From Bacilli bacterium (GTDB lineage Bacteria > Bacillota_I > Bacilli_A > RFN20 > CAG-826): 64,000 bases of DNA. The position numbers and the translations under genes are program-made. Shown in pieces: positions 26,323 to 37,300 of this stretch (the stretch's first letter is position 1; each line of letters starts with the position of its first letter). The stretch is taken from the NCBI GenBank assembly GCA_041654095.1, contig JBAZED010000003.1, positions 4,089-68,088 on the forward strand, given 5' to 3'. Under the pieces are notes generated by a model. That model was not told where the DNA came from, did not search any database, and was given only the letters and a program-made list of their open reading frames with translations.

Positions 26323-28401
26323 TTAGCGTTGGCTCATCCCGGATTTTTTGATGATTTCTTCCTGGATAAAACGCGGGCATTCTCCATAGTGCGAGAATTG
26401 CATTGTGTAGTTGCCGCGACCTTGCGTAAACGACCGCAAGTCGGTAACGTAACCGAACATCTCTGAAAGCGGGACTTTCGCCTCGATCGTCTTGGCGTTT
26501 CCGCGCTGCGATTCACCGGTCATTTGCCCGCGCCGGCGGGTAATGTCGCCGATTACGTCGCCGTAATAATCTTCAGGGACCGTGACTTCGATTTCCATGA
26601 TCGGTTCGAGGATGGTCGGACTGCATGTTTTAGCAGCTTCTTTTAGAGCCATGCTGGCGGCGATTTTGTACGCCGCTTCACTGCTATCGACTTCGTGATA
26701 GCTGCCGTCATATAATGTCGCTTTGATGTCGATGATGGGATAGCCGGCGACCAAGCCTCTCTCGAGGGAATCGCGAAGACCTTCTTGCGTCGGGCGGATG
26801 TATTCTTTGGGGACGACACCGCCGACGATCTTGTCGACGAACTCAAAGCCCTTGCCGGGATTCGGTTCGAAGTGGATGCGGACGTGGCCGTATTGACCGC
26901 GGCCACCCGATTGCTTGATGTATTTGCCTTCGCAGTCGCCGCTGGCCTTAATCGTTTCGCGGTAGCCGACTTGCGGAGCGCCGACGTTGACTTGAACGCC
27001 GAATTCACGCTTCATGCGGTCGACGATGATATCGAGGTGGAGTTCGCCGACGCCGGCGATGATCGTCTGCCCGGATTCGCTGTTCGTGTGAACGCGGAAA
27101 GTCGGGTCTTCTTCCGATAGTTTCTGAAGAGCGACGCCCATCTTTTCCTGATCGGCTTTGGACTTGGGTTCCACCGCTTGTTCGATGACGGGTTCAGGGA
27201 ACTCCATCTTCTCGAGCATCACGTCGAGTTTCTCTTCGCACAGCGTATCTCCGGTCGTCGTGTTTTTGAGGCCGACGACAGCGCCGATATCACCGGCGTG
27301 GAGTTCTTCGACTTCCTGGCGGTGGTTTGAGTGCATCAAGACGACGCGTCCGATTCTCTCTTTAATGCCCTTAGTGGTATTAATTACGTACGAACCGCTT
27401 TTTAAGGTTCCCGAGTAGATGCGGACATAGGCGAGGCGGCCGATAAAAGGGTCGGTGGCGATTTTGAAAGCCAAGGCCGCTAAGGGCAGCTTTTCGTCAG
27501 GTTCGCAGATGTATTCGCGACCATCGCTATAATGACCTTTTTGATGAGGAATATCAATGGGGCTTGGCAAGTAATCGATAACGCCATCGAGCAGTAGCTG
27601 AATACCCTTGTTTTTGTAGGCTGAGCCGCAGAAAACAGGGAAGAATTCGCCACCGACTACCGCTTTGCGAATCGTGGTTTTGATCAGATCGATGGGCGGC
27701 TCTTGTCCTTCGAGGACCATGAGCATAAGCTCATCATCAAAAGCAGCGAGTGCTTCGAGCAATTTCCAGCGCATGGTTTCGGTCTTCTCGAGATATTCTC
27801 CGGGGATGGCGATTTCCGTCGGCCCTTCGGATTTGTCGACCGAATAGGTGTAAGCCTTGCGGTTGATCAGATCGATGATGCCGTTAAAGCGGCTCTCGAC
27901 GCCGATGGGATATTGGACGGCTTCCGCATTCGCGGCCAAGCGGGTGTGAAGCGTTTCGATACACATGTCGAAATCGGCTCCGATCGCGTCAAGTTTGTTG
28001 ACAAAGACGATGCGTGGAACATTGTACTTGGTGCCTTGCCGCCACACGGTTTCCGTCTGGGGCTCGACGCCGTTTTTACCATCGAGGACCGTGACGGCGC
28101 CATCGAGAACGCGTAGCGAACGCTCAACTTCAACGGTGAAGTCGACGTGCCCGGGAGTGTCGATGATATTGACGCGGTGCCCTTTCCAGAAAGCGGTCGT
28201 CGCGGCCGAGGTGATCGTTATGCCGCGCTCCTGTTCCTGCACCATCCAATCCATCGTCGCCGAGCCCTCGTGGGTTTCGCCGATTTTATGGATTCTCCCT
28301 GTGTAGTAAAGGATCCTTTCCGTCGTTGTCGTTTTACCCGCGTCGATGTGTGCCATGATGCCGATGTTGCGGGTATGTTCTAAGTCGTATTCACGTGCCA
28401 T
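26323..28401 (-). CDS. fusA: elongation factor G
   Basis: [32 protein letters not shown]. 692 aa, in the conserved str-operon position. Confidence 0.98.
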   Translation of the reverse strand: MAREYDLEHTRNIGIMAHIDAGKTTTTERILYYTGRIHKIGETHEGSATMDWMVQEQERGITITSAATTAFWKGHRVNIIDTPGHVDFTVEVERSLRVLDGAVTVLDGKNGVEPQTETVWRQGTKYNVPRIVFVNKLDAIGADFDMCIETLHTRLAANAEAVQYPIGVESRFNGIIDLINRKAYTYSVDKSEGPTEIAIPGEYLEKTETMRWKLLEALAAFDDELMLMVLEGQEPPIDLIKTTIRKAVVGGEFFPVFCGSAYKNKGIQLLLDGVIDYLPSPIDIPHQKGHYSDGREYICEPDEKLPLAALAFKIATDPFIGRLAYVRIYSGTLKSGSYVINTTKGIKERIGRVVLMHSNHRQEVEELHAGDIGAVVGLKNTTTGDTLCEEKLDVMLEKMEFPEPVIEQAVEPKSKADQEKMGVALQKLSEEDPTFRVHTNSESGQTIIAGVGELHLDIIVDRMKREFGVQVNVGAPQVGYRETIKASGDCEGKYIKQSGGRGQYGHVRIHFEPNPGKGFEFVDKIVGGVVPKEYIRPTQEGLRDSLERGLVAGYPIIDIKATLYDGSYHEVDSSEAAYKIAASMALKEAAKTCSPTILEPIMEIEVTVPEDYYGDVIGDITRRRGQMTGESQRGNAKTIEAKVPLSEMFGYVTDLRSFTQGRGNYTMQFSHYGECPRFIQEEIIKKSGMSQR

Positions 28402-28416
28402 AATAAGACTTCCTCG

Positions 28417-28887
28417 TTACCAGCGGTAATGAGCGTACGCCTTATTCGCTTCGGCCATCTTATGCGTATCTTCCCTCTTTTTAACTGATGCGCCAGTTCC
28501 ATTGGCGGCATCGATGATTTCATTGGCTAATTTATCTTCCATCGTCTTGTCGTTGCGAAGGCGGGAATAGGTAACTAACCAGCGCAGCCCTAAAGTGACT
28601 TTGCGGTCAGCGGTGACTTCGGTCGGAACTTGGTAGTTCGCGGCGCCGATGCGACGGACCTTGAGTTGGACTTCAGGCATGATGTTGTTGATTGCCGTGG
28701 CGAAAACGTCCATGGCGGGTTTCCCAGTTTTTGTTTCAATCTTCTTAAAGGCATTATAAAGAATCGCTTGCGCGGTTCCTCTTTTACCGTCAAGCATGAT
28801 TTTATTGATCAAACGCGTGACCAATTTAGAACTGTAAATTGGATCTGGCAAGACATCGCGTTTACTCACACTTCCTTTGCGTGGCAT
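28417..28887 (-). CDS. rpsG: 30S ribosomal protein S7
   Basis: [39 protein letters not shown].... 156 aa. Confidence 0.97.
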   Translation of the reverse strand: MPRKGSVSKRDVLPDPIYSSKLVTRLINKIMLDGKRGTAQAILYNAFKKIETKTGKPAMDVFATAINNIMPEVQLKVRRIGAANYQVPTEVTADRKVTLGLRWLVTYSRLRNDKTMEDKLANEIIDAANGTGASVKKREDTHKMAEANKAYAHYRW

Positions 28888-28917
28888 ATTTGTATCTCCT
28901 TACATTTCCTAAATATA

Positions 28918-29328
28918 TTATTTAGGTCTCTTGGTGCCGTATTGGCTGCGGCCTTGGCGGCGCGTCTCAATTCCGGCGGTGTCGAGCGTGCCGCGGATAA
29001 CGTGGTAGCGAACACCAGGTAAATCTTTGACACGTCCCCCGCGAATCAACACGGTGGAGTGCTCTTGAAGGTTGTGGCCTTCACCGCCGATATAAGCGGT
29101 TACTTCATATCCGTTGGATAAGCGAACACGAGCGTATTTGCGAAGCGCTGAGTTCGGTTTTTTGGGCGTCATCGTTCCGACACGAGTGCAGACTCCGCGT
29201 TTTTGCGCGGAATTTTGCGATGTCGCTCTCTTTTTCAACGAATTCCATCTCTTGCCCAAGGCGGGGGCTTTGGATTTGAATGTAGAACGAACGCGTCCTT
29301 GCCTTACTAACTGATTAATGGTTGGCAT
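28918..29328 (-). CDS. rpsL: 30S ribosomal protein S12
   Basis: [12 protein letters not shown]...[19 protein letters not shown]...[13 protein letters not shown]. Confidence 0.97.
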   Translation of the reverse strand: MPTINQLVRQGRVRSTFKSKAPALGKRWNSLKKRATSQNSAQKRGVCTRVGTMTPKKPNSALRKYARVRLSNGYEVTAYIGGEGHNLQEHSTVLIRGGRVKDLPGVRYHVIRGTLDTAGIETRRQGRSQYGTKRPK

Positions 29329-29396
29329 TGGACATCCTCCTTTCGCTCGAAGTTATGTACACAATTCCCGGTGTATCATACCTCTCACAAATAAAT

Positions 29397-29411
29397 GGGC
29401 CTTCGCGGCCC
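29397..29411 (-). other. GC-only hairpin in the rpsL leader
   Basis: GGGCC-gcgaa-GGCCC (minus strand) followed by ATTTATTTG. It lies between the candidate promoter and the rpsL RBS. It could be a leaky terminator for the upstream lipoprotein genes or a leader structure. Confidence 0.35.
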
Positions 29412-29429
29412 TAATATGTGTCCTGAAAG

Positions 29430-29459
29430 ATAATAGCAACTAATCGCGATATCCGTCAA
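29430..29459 (-). promoter_or_regulatory. sigma70-type promoter of the str operon (rpsL-rpsG-fusA-tuf)
   Basis: Minus strand TTGACG (29454-29459), 18-nt spacer, TATTAT (29430-29435). It follows immediately after the M6 paralog 1 stop. Confidence 0.55.
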
Positions 29460-29467
29460 GAAAAAAA

Positions 29468-30973
29468 TTATATTTTATGTATCGTGACCATCGCATGAGT
29501 GTTGGCGAGATTGCTGATCGTGAAAGTATAGCCTAATTCTTCGCCATTGTTGAAGGTAAAGTTCTGAAAAGTATCGACGCCAAAAGTGTCACCCTTTTGA
29601 AAAAGCGTCGCGTCGTCGGCAACGCCGCCGGTGATGAAGGTATTGGCACCGCTGCTCTCGAGGAGATGATAGAGGCGGAAATTATTATAAGTCGTCGAAC
29701 CGGTATTGGTGTGGACGATAGCGACGCGATTCGTCGCTTGGCTATAGATGCCATCATCGACATAGCCTTTCGGCCGCGAAAAACCTTCGTTTGACAAGAA
29801 GCCGAGGCGGGCATCGACGTGATAGACTTTGACGCCGGCCTGCGACATAAGTCGGGGGTTGCTGCTCGTCATTCGCGAGTCGTGGGCATTTAAGCCGTTG
29901 GGGCTGTAGAATTCCAAGAGCAGGTATTCGTCCATCGCCGTGCCGTTCCAATTATCGTTCAGCAAAATCAAATCGCCGCTATTGTAAAAAGGGCGAATCG
30001 TAATTTCCGCCGAATCGGTGACAGCGTATGGGCGCGTCCAATCCAAGAGCATTTTCGAATATCCGGTGTGGTCGCCGATGCTGTAGTCCATCATGTCAGC
30101 TCGGCCCGTCGGTCCGTACAAGGCCCCTTCATCGCGGTTGTAATAGTCTTCTAATCCGAGCAGATGACCGACTTCATGGATGTAGGTATGGGTATCTGGG
30201 CGCCCATCAGTTATGTATGTCAGCGAATAGCTCGACCAGCACGTCAAATTGGCGTTCTGGTTGATGGTATAAGCCCAAAACGTCTTGTTCCGAGCGCTAT
30301 CTCCAGTCTCGGAAGGGTGCGAATAAATTAGATAGACCGGGACGAGGTTATCTTCGTTGCCGTCGACGTAATAACTCGCCAAATCGCCGTATTTATCCTC
30401 ATACCACTCCAAAGCGTTTTTATAAATGTTTCGAACGATCGATATTTTAGAAGAAGAATCGCGGATATCAGCGGCTTGATAAGTCGTTCGATACCAATCC
30501 GCGACTTTGCCGTCGAGGATCAACTTTCCATAGCTCGCCTCGTTGTAGAAGCCGGTGACCGACCGCCAATTGTTGTTTTCGTTCACTCCGAAAAAGGCAT
30601 TGCGCAGCACTTCCAACGACCCCTCGGTGCCCTCTTTTAAAAGAGTGGAAGGATAATCGTCGAAATCGACGGGGATGACCAGCATTTTTTGCCGGCCGGT
30701 CGCGCGAACGCTTTTGTAAACACCTTGGTGGCGGTAGACGGCGGTGAAATCCTCAAATGATTCTTCGACGCCCAGACCATTCAAATAGCGAGATGGCAAA
30801 TAATCGCCCGGCTTATAGTAACCTTGTCCATCTATCTTCTCGTGGGTGTCGGTATCGACGAGGTAATCGCGAAAAGGCGCGAAGGGGATGATGGCGTTTG
30901 TACATGATGAAAGAAGCCAGGCCACCACCGCCGTGATCGGAATGATTGATAAAGTACTTTTGCGGGTGGACAT
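29468..30973 (-). CDS. M6 (immune inhibitor A-like) zinc metalloprotease lipoprotein, paralog 1 (divergent)
   Basis: Lipobox LLSSC. Shows MLVIPVDFDDYP, NWRSVTGFYNEASYGKL and the zinc site HTYIHEVGHLLGLEDYYN (HExxHxxGxxD). Confidence 0.8.
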   Translation of the reverse strand: MSTRKSTLSIIPITAVVAWLLSSCTNAIIPFAPFRDYLVDTDTHEKIDGQGYYKPGDYLPSRYLNGLGVEESFEDFTAVYRHQGVYKSVRATGRQKMLVIPVDFDDYPSTLLKEGTEGSLEVLRNAFFGVNENNNWRSVTGFYNEASYGKLILDGKVADWYRTTYQAADIRDSSSKISIVRNIYKNALEWYEDKYGDLASYYVDGNEDNLVPVYLIYSHPSETGDSARNKTFWAYTINQNANLTCWSSYSLTYITDGRPDTHTYIHEVGHLLGLEDYYNRDEGALYGPTGRADMMDYSIGDHTGYSKMLLDWTRPYAVTDSAEITIRPFYNSGDLILLNDNWNGTAMDEYLLLEFYSPNGLNAHDSRMTSSNPRLMSQAGVKVYHVDARLGFLSNEGFSRPKGYVDDGIYSQATNRVAIVHTNTGSTTYNNFRLYHLLESSGANTFITGGVADDATLFQKGDTFGVDTFQNFTFNNGEELGYTFTISNLANTHAMVTIHKI

Positions 30974-30981
30974 CGATGTTA

Positions 30982-32442
30982 TTATACCACTGAAACGCGA
31001 ATGGTCGCCGATGAAGAATCAACATTGACAAAATCAATTTTGTATCCTAATAAATTGCCGTTATTAAGGCGAGTTCCGTTTTTAAAAAATTGCCAGCCAA
31101 AGGTCGCCATCGAAAAGGTTTGTCCAGTCGTGAAAAGATCGAGATTCGTCGCCGGATTACCAAATTTAAAGGTGTTGACACCGCCGGCTTGAATCATGTG
31201 CAAGAGGCGATAATCTTCGTTGGCGCTATTTGACGGTGTATTCGAATTGGCGACGCGATAATACCGTTGAATCGAAGGGTCAAAAAGGTCCGAGGAAGCT
31301 GGGTGTTCGTAGGCGATAAAATTGTTTGAATAATCATATACTCCGAGGCGCGAATCAACGTGGTAGAGGCGGACGCCGGGAAGCGTAAAGCCAAGCGGAT
31401 AAGCACCGGCGTACGAAGTTTGAGAATCGAGTTGATTGAGACCGGTCGGGGTGTAGAGTTCGAGGAGCAGGAATTCATCGAATGAGGTTCCGTTCCAATC
31501 ATCGGCGATCAAAACGGCGTCACCGCTGCTCTCGACGGGGTCGATCGTGATCTCGGCATTGCCGGTCACGACGAACGGTTTGAGCCAGCCTAAAGCCATC
31601 TTCGACCAGGCGTTGTGATCGGTGACGTTGTAATCCATCATGTCGATGGCGCCGGTCGGTTTATAAGTGCTATCCTCATCGTAATTGTAATAATCGTCAA
31701 GTCCCAGAAGGTGGCCGGTCTCATGGATGTAGGTGTGACCATCAACTCTAGTCGTTCCACCGCCTTCGTACATGAAATCGTAGCTGGCCCACGCATAGAC
31801 GTTGGCGGTCGGGCCATAGGTCGATGGCGTTTGATTATAGTCCCAATAGACATAAGCCCAGTAATCTTCAGAGATGCTTTGAATGGTCGGCGAATTGCTG
31901 TAATTCGGGGCGCTGTAAATCATCCACACGGCATCGATAAAACCATCGTCGTCATCATCGAATTGCTGCGTCGAGGAATTTCCGCCATTGTGGGCCTTAT
32001 AATCGGTCACGGCTTTTCTGACCAAATTGGTCGAGAAGTACTGCGTTTCGCTCGTGTCGAGAGCCGCCGCTTGCGCCGCTGTATATCCGGTATCGTATTT
32101 ATCGGCAATCGCAAATGACAACGTTAAGTTACCATAGCTCGATTTATCGTAGAATGAGGAAACGGATTCCCAATAATTCGTTTGAGCGGGCGTTCCGTTG
32201 AACAGAATATCGATGTCCGATAGGACTTTGGCAGTAAACGGATAATCGGTGAGTTCCATCGGAATGACCAGGATCTCGACATCGTCACTCGGCGTGGGAA
32301 TCGAGTTGAGGCCGGTGACTTGCAGCAGATCTTGATAGTTGAAAAGGGAATCGACGTCCGCTACTTTTTGGTAATTGACCCACGAACAACTCGCGATGAA
32401 AATAGGCAGGAGAATCAGGGCGCGGATATTCTTATATCTCAT
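30982..32442 (-). CDS. M6 (InhA-like) zinc metalloprotease lipoprotein, paralog 2
   Basis: The start is set at the ATG at 32440-32442 (MRYKNIRALILLPIFIASC, lipobox) with AAGGAG 6 nt upstream. Zinc site HTYIHETGHLLGLDDYYN. Also DDDDDGFIDAVWMIYS. Confidence 0.8.
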   Translation of the reverse strand: MRYKNIRALILLPIFIASCSWVNYQKVADVDSLFNYQDLLQVTGLNSIPTPSDDVEILVIPMELTDYPFTAKVLSDIDILFNGTPAQTNYWESVSSFYDKSSYGNLTLSFAIADKYDTGYTAAQAAALDTSETQYFSTNLVRKAVTDYKAHNGGNSSTQQFDDDDDGFIDAVWMIYSAPNYSNSPTIQSISEDYWAYVYWDYNQTPSTYGPTANVYAWASYDFMYEGGGTTRVDGHTYIHETGHLLGLDDYYNYDEDSTYKPTGAIDMMDYNVTDHNAWSKMALGWLKPFVVTGNAEITIDPVESSGDAVLIADDWNGTSFDEFLLLELYTPTGLNQLDSQTSYAGAYPLGFTLPGVRLYHVDSRLGVYDYSNNFIAYEHPASSDLFDPSIQRYYRVANSNTPSNSANEDYRLLHMIQAGGVNTFKFGNPATNLDLFTTGQTFSMATFGWQFFKNGTRLNNGNLLGYKIDFVNVDSSSATIRVSVV

Positions 32443-32620
32443 GGTTGGCTCCTTGATAGGACTATCACTATATAAATTATACCGCACCGCTACTTATTTA
32501 CGCGACTAACGGCTCGAAGACAAGCGGAGTCGATATAAATGCGCCTACTCAAAAAGAAAGGCGATTTTCATTATAAAATAATGCTGTCGCCCATTCAATT
32601 TTATTGCTGTGAGATGCTTT

Positions 32621-34195
32621 TTATAAATCGATGATGCGAATCGTCGCCGAGGTTGACGTAACGTTGACGAATTGAATCGAAAAGCCGAGGGTATTACCGT
32701 TGTTGAGGCTGGTGCCGTTTTTGAAGAATTCGGCGCCGTAATCGGCCATCGAGAAGGATTTGCCGGTCGTGAACAAGTCGCCGTTCTTACCGGTGCTGCC
32801 CGTTTTAAACGTGTTCCTTTTGCCGGCTTGAATCATGTGGATGAAGCGGAATTCGGGATCAGCGCTACGCGAAGGAGAGTTGGAATGAGCGGTTGCGACA
32901 TAATCATAATCGTAAATTGGAAGAGTCTCTGGTTCAACATAACGATCAAAGAGCCAATCATCCGCCACTTCTGAATATTTAATATTCGCCAACCTCGCAT
33001 CAACGTGGTAGAGGCGGACGCCGGCTTTCGTATATCCTTGCGGATAGGCGCCGTTATTATACGCTGAATCGGAGTCGAGTTTATTTAGTCCGGTCGGCGT
33101 GTAGAGCTCGAGCATCATCAGTTCATCAAAGGCCGTCCCGTTCCAGCTATCGGCGATTAGAATCGCGTCACCGCTGCTTTCAGCGGGGTTGATCGTGATC
33201 TCGGCATTGCTGGTGACGACATAGGGATTGACCCAGCCGAGGGCCATCTTTGACCAGACGTTGTGATCGGTGATGTTGTAATCCATCATGTCGATGCCAC
33301 CCGTCGGTTTATAGGTGCTGGCGTCATAGTTGTAATAATCGTCGAGCCCGAGCAGATGGCCGGTCTCGTGAATATAAGTGTGAGCATCGATCTGCGAGGA
33401 AAGACCGCCTTCAGCCATGAAGTCATAACTGGCCCAAGAGTAGGCGTTTTGATTGGGGCTATCGACGTTGCCATCTTGCTGCCAATCCCAGAAAACATAA
33501 GCCCAAAAATCTTCGGATATTCCTTTGATGACAGGATCGTTGTTGTAATTGTGGCAGCTGTAAATCATCCACACGGCATCGATGAAACCATCGCCGTCGG
33601 AATCGAATTGCTTGGTCGAATCAGCCCCGTTGTCAGCCTTGTAGTCAGCGACGGCTTCCCTCAGGATATTCGTCGAAAAGTACTGAGTGCCGTCGGTTTC
33701 GGTATCGAGAGCCGCCGCTTCAGCCGCGGTGTAGCCGGTCTCGTATTTAGGCGTGACGGTGAAGTTCATGACGAGTTTACCAAAGCTCGTTTTTTCGTAG
33801 AAAGAGGAAACCGATTCCCAGTATTTGGTATCGGCGGGTTCCCCATTAAACATGATATTGATGTTAGTGAGGATTTTATCGGTAAACGGATAATTCGTAA
33901 ATTCGATCGGAATGACTAAAATGTTAACATTTTCACCGACTGACGGAATCGAATTCGTCCCCATTTGCTTCTGAAGATTCTGATAGGTTATCTCCGGATT
34001 ATAAGAACTCGGGAGATAGTAGTTGTCCCAGCCGTTCGGCGAAACGATTTCGCTCGACGAACTCGGGATGGACTCGCTCGACGATGAACTCGACGAATCG
34101 CTCGACGACGAGCCGGATGAGGTGTTGACAATCGGCGTGCACGAAGCCACGACCAAGGCCATCAAAATCGGCAAGAAGATTTTTTTGTTATTCAT
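32621..34195 (-). CDS. M6 (InhA-like) zinc metalloprotease lipoprotein, paralog 3, with Ser-rich linker
   Basis: The start is set at the ATG at 34193-34195 (MNNKKIFLPILMALVVASC, lipobox) with a GGGAG RBS. SSGSSSSDSSSSSSSESIPSSSSE linker. Zinc site HTYIHETGHLLGLDDYYN. By eye it is highly similar to paralog 2. Confidence 0.8.
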   Translation of the reverse strand: MNNKKIFLPILMALVVASCTPIVNTSSGSSSSDSSSSSSSESIPSSSSEIVSPNGWDNYYLPSSYNPEITYQNLQKQMGTNSIPSVGENVNILVIPIEFTNYPFTDKILTNINIMFNGEPADTKYWESVSSFYEKTSFGKLVMNFTVTPKYETGYTAAEAAALDTETDGTQYFSTNILREAVADYKADNGADSTKQFDSDGDGFIDAVWMIYSCHNYNNDPVIKGISEDFWAYVFWDWQQDGNVDSPNQNAYSWASYDFMAEGGLSSQIDAHTYIHETGHLLGLDDYYNYDASTYKPTGGIDMMDYNITDHNVWSKMALGWVNPYVVTSNAEITINPAESSGDAILIADSWNGTAFDELMMLELYTPTGLNKLDSDSAYNNGAYPQGYTKAGVRLYHVDARLANIKYSEVADDWLFDRYVEPETLPIYDYDYVATAHSNSPSRSADPEFRFIHMIQAGKRNTFKTGSTGKNGDLFTTGKSFSMADYGAEFFKNGTSLNNGNTLGFSIQFVNVTSTSATIRIIDL

Positions 34196-34273
34196 AAGTT
34201 GCTCCCATCGGTGAATTATTACACTATATTTGATTATATTCAAATAACACAAATAGATGAAATAAGTGCTGTA

Positions 34274-34301
34274 ATTATAACAAAGGTAGAGTGTTTGTCA
34301 A
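34274..34301 (-). promoter_or_regulatory. near-consensus sigma70 promoter of the M6 lipoprotein genes
   Basis: Minus strand TTGACA (34296-34301), 16-nt spacer ending in TGt, TATAAT (34274-34279). A second ATTGACAA copy lies 19 bp upstream (34314-34321). Confidence 0.7.
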
Positions 34302-34330
34302 TTAATTTGGCGATTGTCAATCGTTTTAAG

Positions 34331-34358
34331 TAAAAAGAAAAGGCGGAACTATCCGCCT
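34331..34358 (-). terminator. rho-independent terminator after rpoC
   Basis: Minus strand AGGCGGA-tag-TTCCGCCT followed by TTTCTTTTTA. It lies about 18 nt after the rpoC stop. Confidence 0.75.
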
Positions 34359-34375
34359 GATCTCTTTCGTTTTCG

Positions 34376-37300
34376 CTATTCTAGATCATCGGGGCGATCG
34401 TGAATTTCGATATATTGCTGTTTGACTTCTCTCATCTTTTCGCGGACCGAGAAGTTTTCGACTAAGCGATCCTCTTCTTCTTCGCTCTTCAGACCGCGTC
34501 CGGCCGGAATCAATTTACCGGTGATGACGTTTTCTTTAAGGCCGTGGAGGGTGTCCGTCTTCGCCTTGATGGCGGCATCGGTCAGGACGCGAGTCGTCTC
34601 TTGGAAAGACGCCGCTGAGAGGAAGGATTTCGTCTGCAGCGAGGCTTTGGTGATTCCCAAAATCACGGGACGAGCCACGGCCGGATGACGGCCGGTCAAG
34701 AGAGCATCTTCGTTCTTCTCGGTGAATTCATCGAGTTCGACGAGCGTTCCCGGCAGCATATTCGTATCTCCGCCTTCGATGATCGCGACTTTGCGAAGCA
34801 TCTGGCGGATGATGACTTCAATGTGCTTATCGGAGATGCCGATACCTTGGAGACGATAGACTTTTTGAATCTCCTTGAGGATGTAGCGCTCAACGGCTGC
34901 GACGTCGCTGACTTCAAGCAGCTTTTTGGGCGAGACTGCGCCTTCGGTGATTTTGCCACCGTTGCGAATTTTATCGCCTTTCTTGACGCGAAGACGAGCA
35001 CCGTAATTTGAGAGATATTCGCGATCTTCAAGATTGCTTTTAACGATGACGCGATAGCGGCCCACAGTCTCTTCAATCTCGCTGACGACGCCGGTGATTT
35101 CTGAAATCATCGCTTCGCCTTTGGGAACGCGGGCTTCGACCAGTTCTTGAACGCGGGGTAGGCCTTGCGTAATATCGCTTCCGGCAACACCCCCGGTATG
35201 GAAGGTTCTCATCGTCAGCTGAGTGCCGGGTTCGCCGATTGATTGAGCGGCCATGATACCGACGGCTTCGCCGATCGTAACTTCCTTGCCGGTCGCTAAG
35301 TTGCGACCGTAGCAGTGACGGCATACTCCGTCGCGCGTTTGGCAGCCAAAGAGCGAGCGAATTTCGACTTCTTTAATGCCGGCGTTGATGATATTCCGAG
35401 CATTTTCTTCGTTGATCATCGTGTTTTCGGCGACGAGAATCTCGCCTGTTTCCGGATGCACGACGTTGTGGATGGTATAGCGACCGACGAGGCGGTCATA
35501 CAGGGGGACGATGACGGCCGCGCGGCTGGAATCGATAATCTCGGAGACGATATGGCCGTGATCGGTGTGGCAGTCCTCTTCGCGGACGATGACATCTTGG
35601 CTGACGTCGACTAAGCGCCGCGTTAAATAGCCGGAGTCGGCGGTCTTAAGCGCCGTATCGGCTCCGCCCTTGCGGGCACCGTGCGTGGCGATGAAGAATT
35701 CCGATACCGTCAAGCCTTCGCGGAAGCATGATTTAATCGGCAGTTCGATGGTGTCGCCTTTTGGGTTGGACATCAAGCCGCGCATGCCGGCGAGCTGAGT
35801 GAAGTTGGAAATATTGCCGCGAGCACCGCTATCCGACATCATGAAAATCGGGTTGCGCGAATCTTTTTCGAATTGTTTGGACAAGTCTCTTTGAACGGAG
35901 TCGCGGACTTCGGTCCAGACATCGACGACGTGTTTGTGACGTTCGCTATCGGTCAAGAGACCGAGCTCAAACATCTCATTGATTTCTTCGACGCGGGTTT
36001 CGCCATCTTTGAGCAATTGCTCTTTATCGCTGACGACGTTGATATCGCTGATCGAGATGGTGACGCCGGCAATCGTCGCGTACTTGAAGCCGATGTCTTT
36101 CATCTTGTCGAGAACGGCAGAAGTTTTTGATGTGCCGTAACGGCTGAAGATCTCGTTGATAATATTGCCGAGGTGCTTCTTGGTAAACGGCGAAATCAAC
36201 GGCTGTTTATGGATGTATTCGATGATATTTGTGCCTTTGGGAACGAAGAACTTGGCAAGATCGCCATTTAAGTTTTCGGTGCTGGCATCGTTGAGATACG
36301 GGAAGTCGGCAGGGAAGATGAGGTTGAAGATGATCTTGCCGATGGTCGTGACGAGATATGATTCATTCATCTCCTTGGTGAAACCGCTCTTCGCTAAAGC
36401 GCTGGCGCGAATTGCCACGCGGTTATGCAAGTGAACTTGATGGGTTTCATAGGCCAAAATCGCTTCATCGATACTGCGGAAAACTTTTCCTTCAGCTTTG
36501 GAATAAGCGTCAAAGCGTTCATATTCTTCTTCATCGCCTTTATCCTTGCGACGTTTAGCGCGGGCGGCGAGTTGCTCTTTGGTCTCTTCGAGCGTCAGAT
36601 AGTAGTTGCCGAGGACCATGTCCTGGGAAGGAGTGACGATCGGTCGGCCATCTTTCGGGCCGAGGATGTTATTGCTGGCGAGCATGAGTTCGAGAGCTTC
36701 GTGCTGAGCCGATTTGCTGAGCGGGACGTGAACGGCCATCTGGTCGCCATCGAAGTCGGCGTTAAAGCCGGTGCAGACGAGGGGGTGGAGGCGAATGGCG
36801 CGACCATCGACGAGTTTCGGTTGGAAAGCTTGGATGCCCAAACGGTGCAAAGTCGGAGCGCGGTTTAATAAAACCGGGTGATCGCTGATAATCCGCTCGA
36901 GGATATCGAAGACGACGGCGTCGTAACGGTCGATGATCTTATCGGCTTGACGATGGGCGTTGACATAATTTTCCTTGATGAGAATCGAGGCGATAAACGG
37001 CCTTAGTAATTGGACGGCCATCTCGCGTGGTAAGCCGCATTGATACATTTTTAAATCTGGACCGACGGCGATGACCGAACGGCCGGAATAGTCGACGCGC
37101 TTGCCGAGTAAATTCTGGCGGAAACGACCTTGTTTGCCTTTTAAGGAGCTCGATAGCGACTTCAGCGGACGACCGCCGGAACCGACGACCGGTTTGTTGC
37201 GTCTGCCGTTATCGATCAAAGCATCCACCGCTTCCTGCAACATGCGCTTCTCGTTCATGAGAATGACATAGGGAGCATTCATGTCGATGAGCTTTTTAAG

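Noticed and set aside
31615-32118. Antisense ORF whose N-terminus (MIGDVVIHHVD...) is conserved with another antisense ORF at 33263-33919
   Set aside because: The conservation is a trivial consequence of both lying opposite the conserved HExxH regions of M6 paralogs 2 and 3. It is not evidence of coding.
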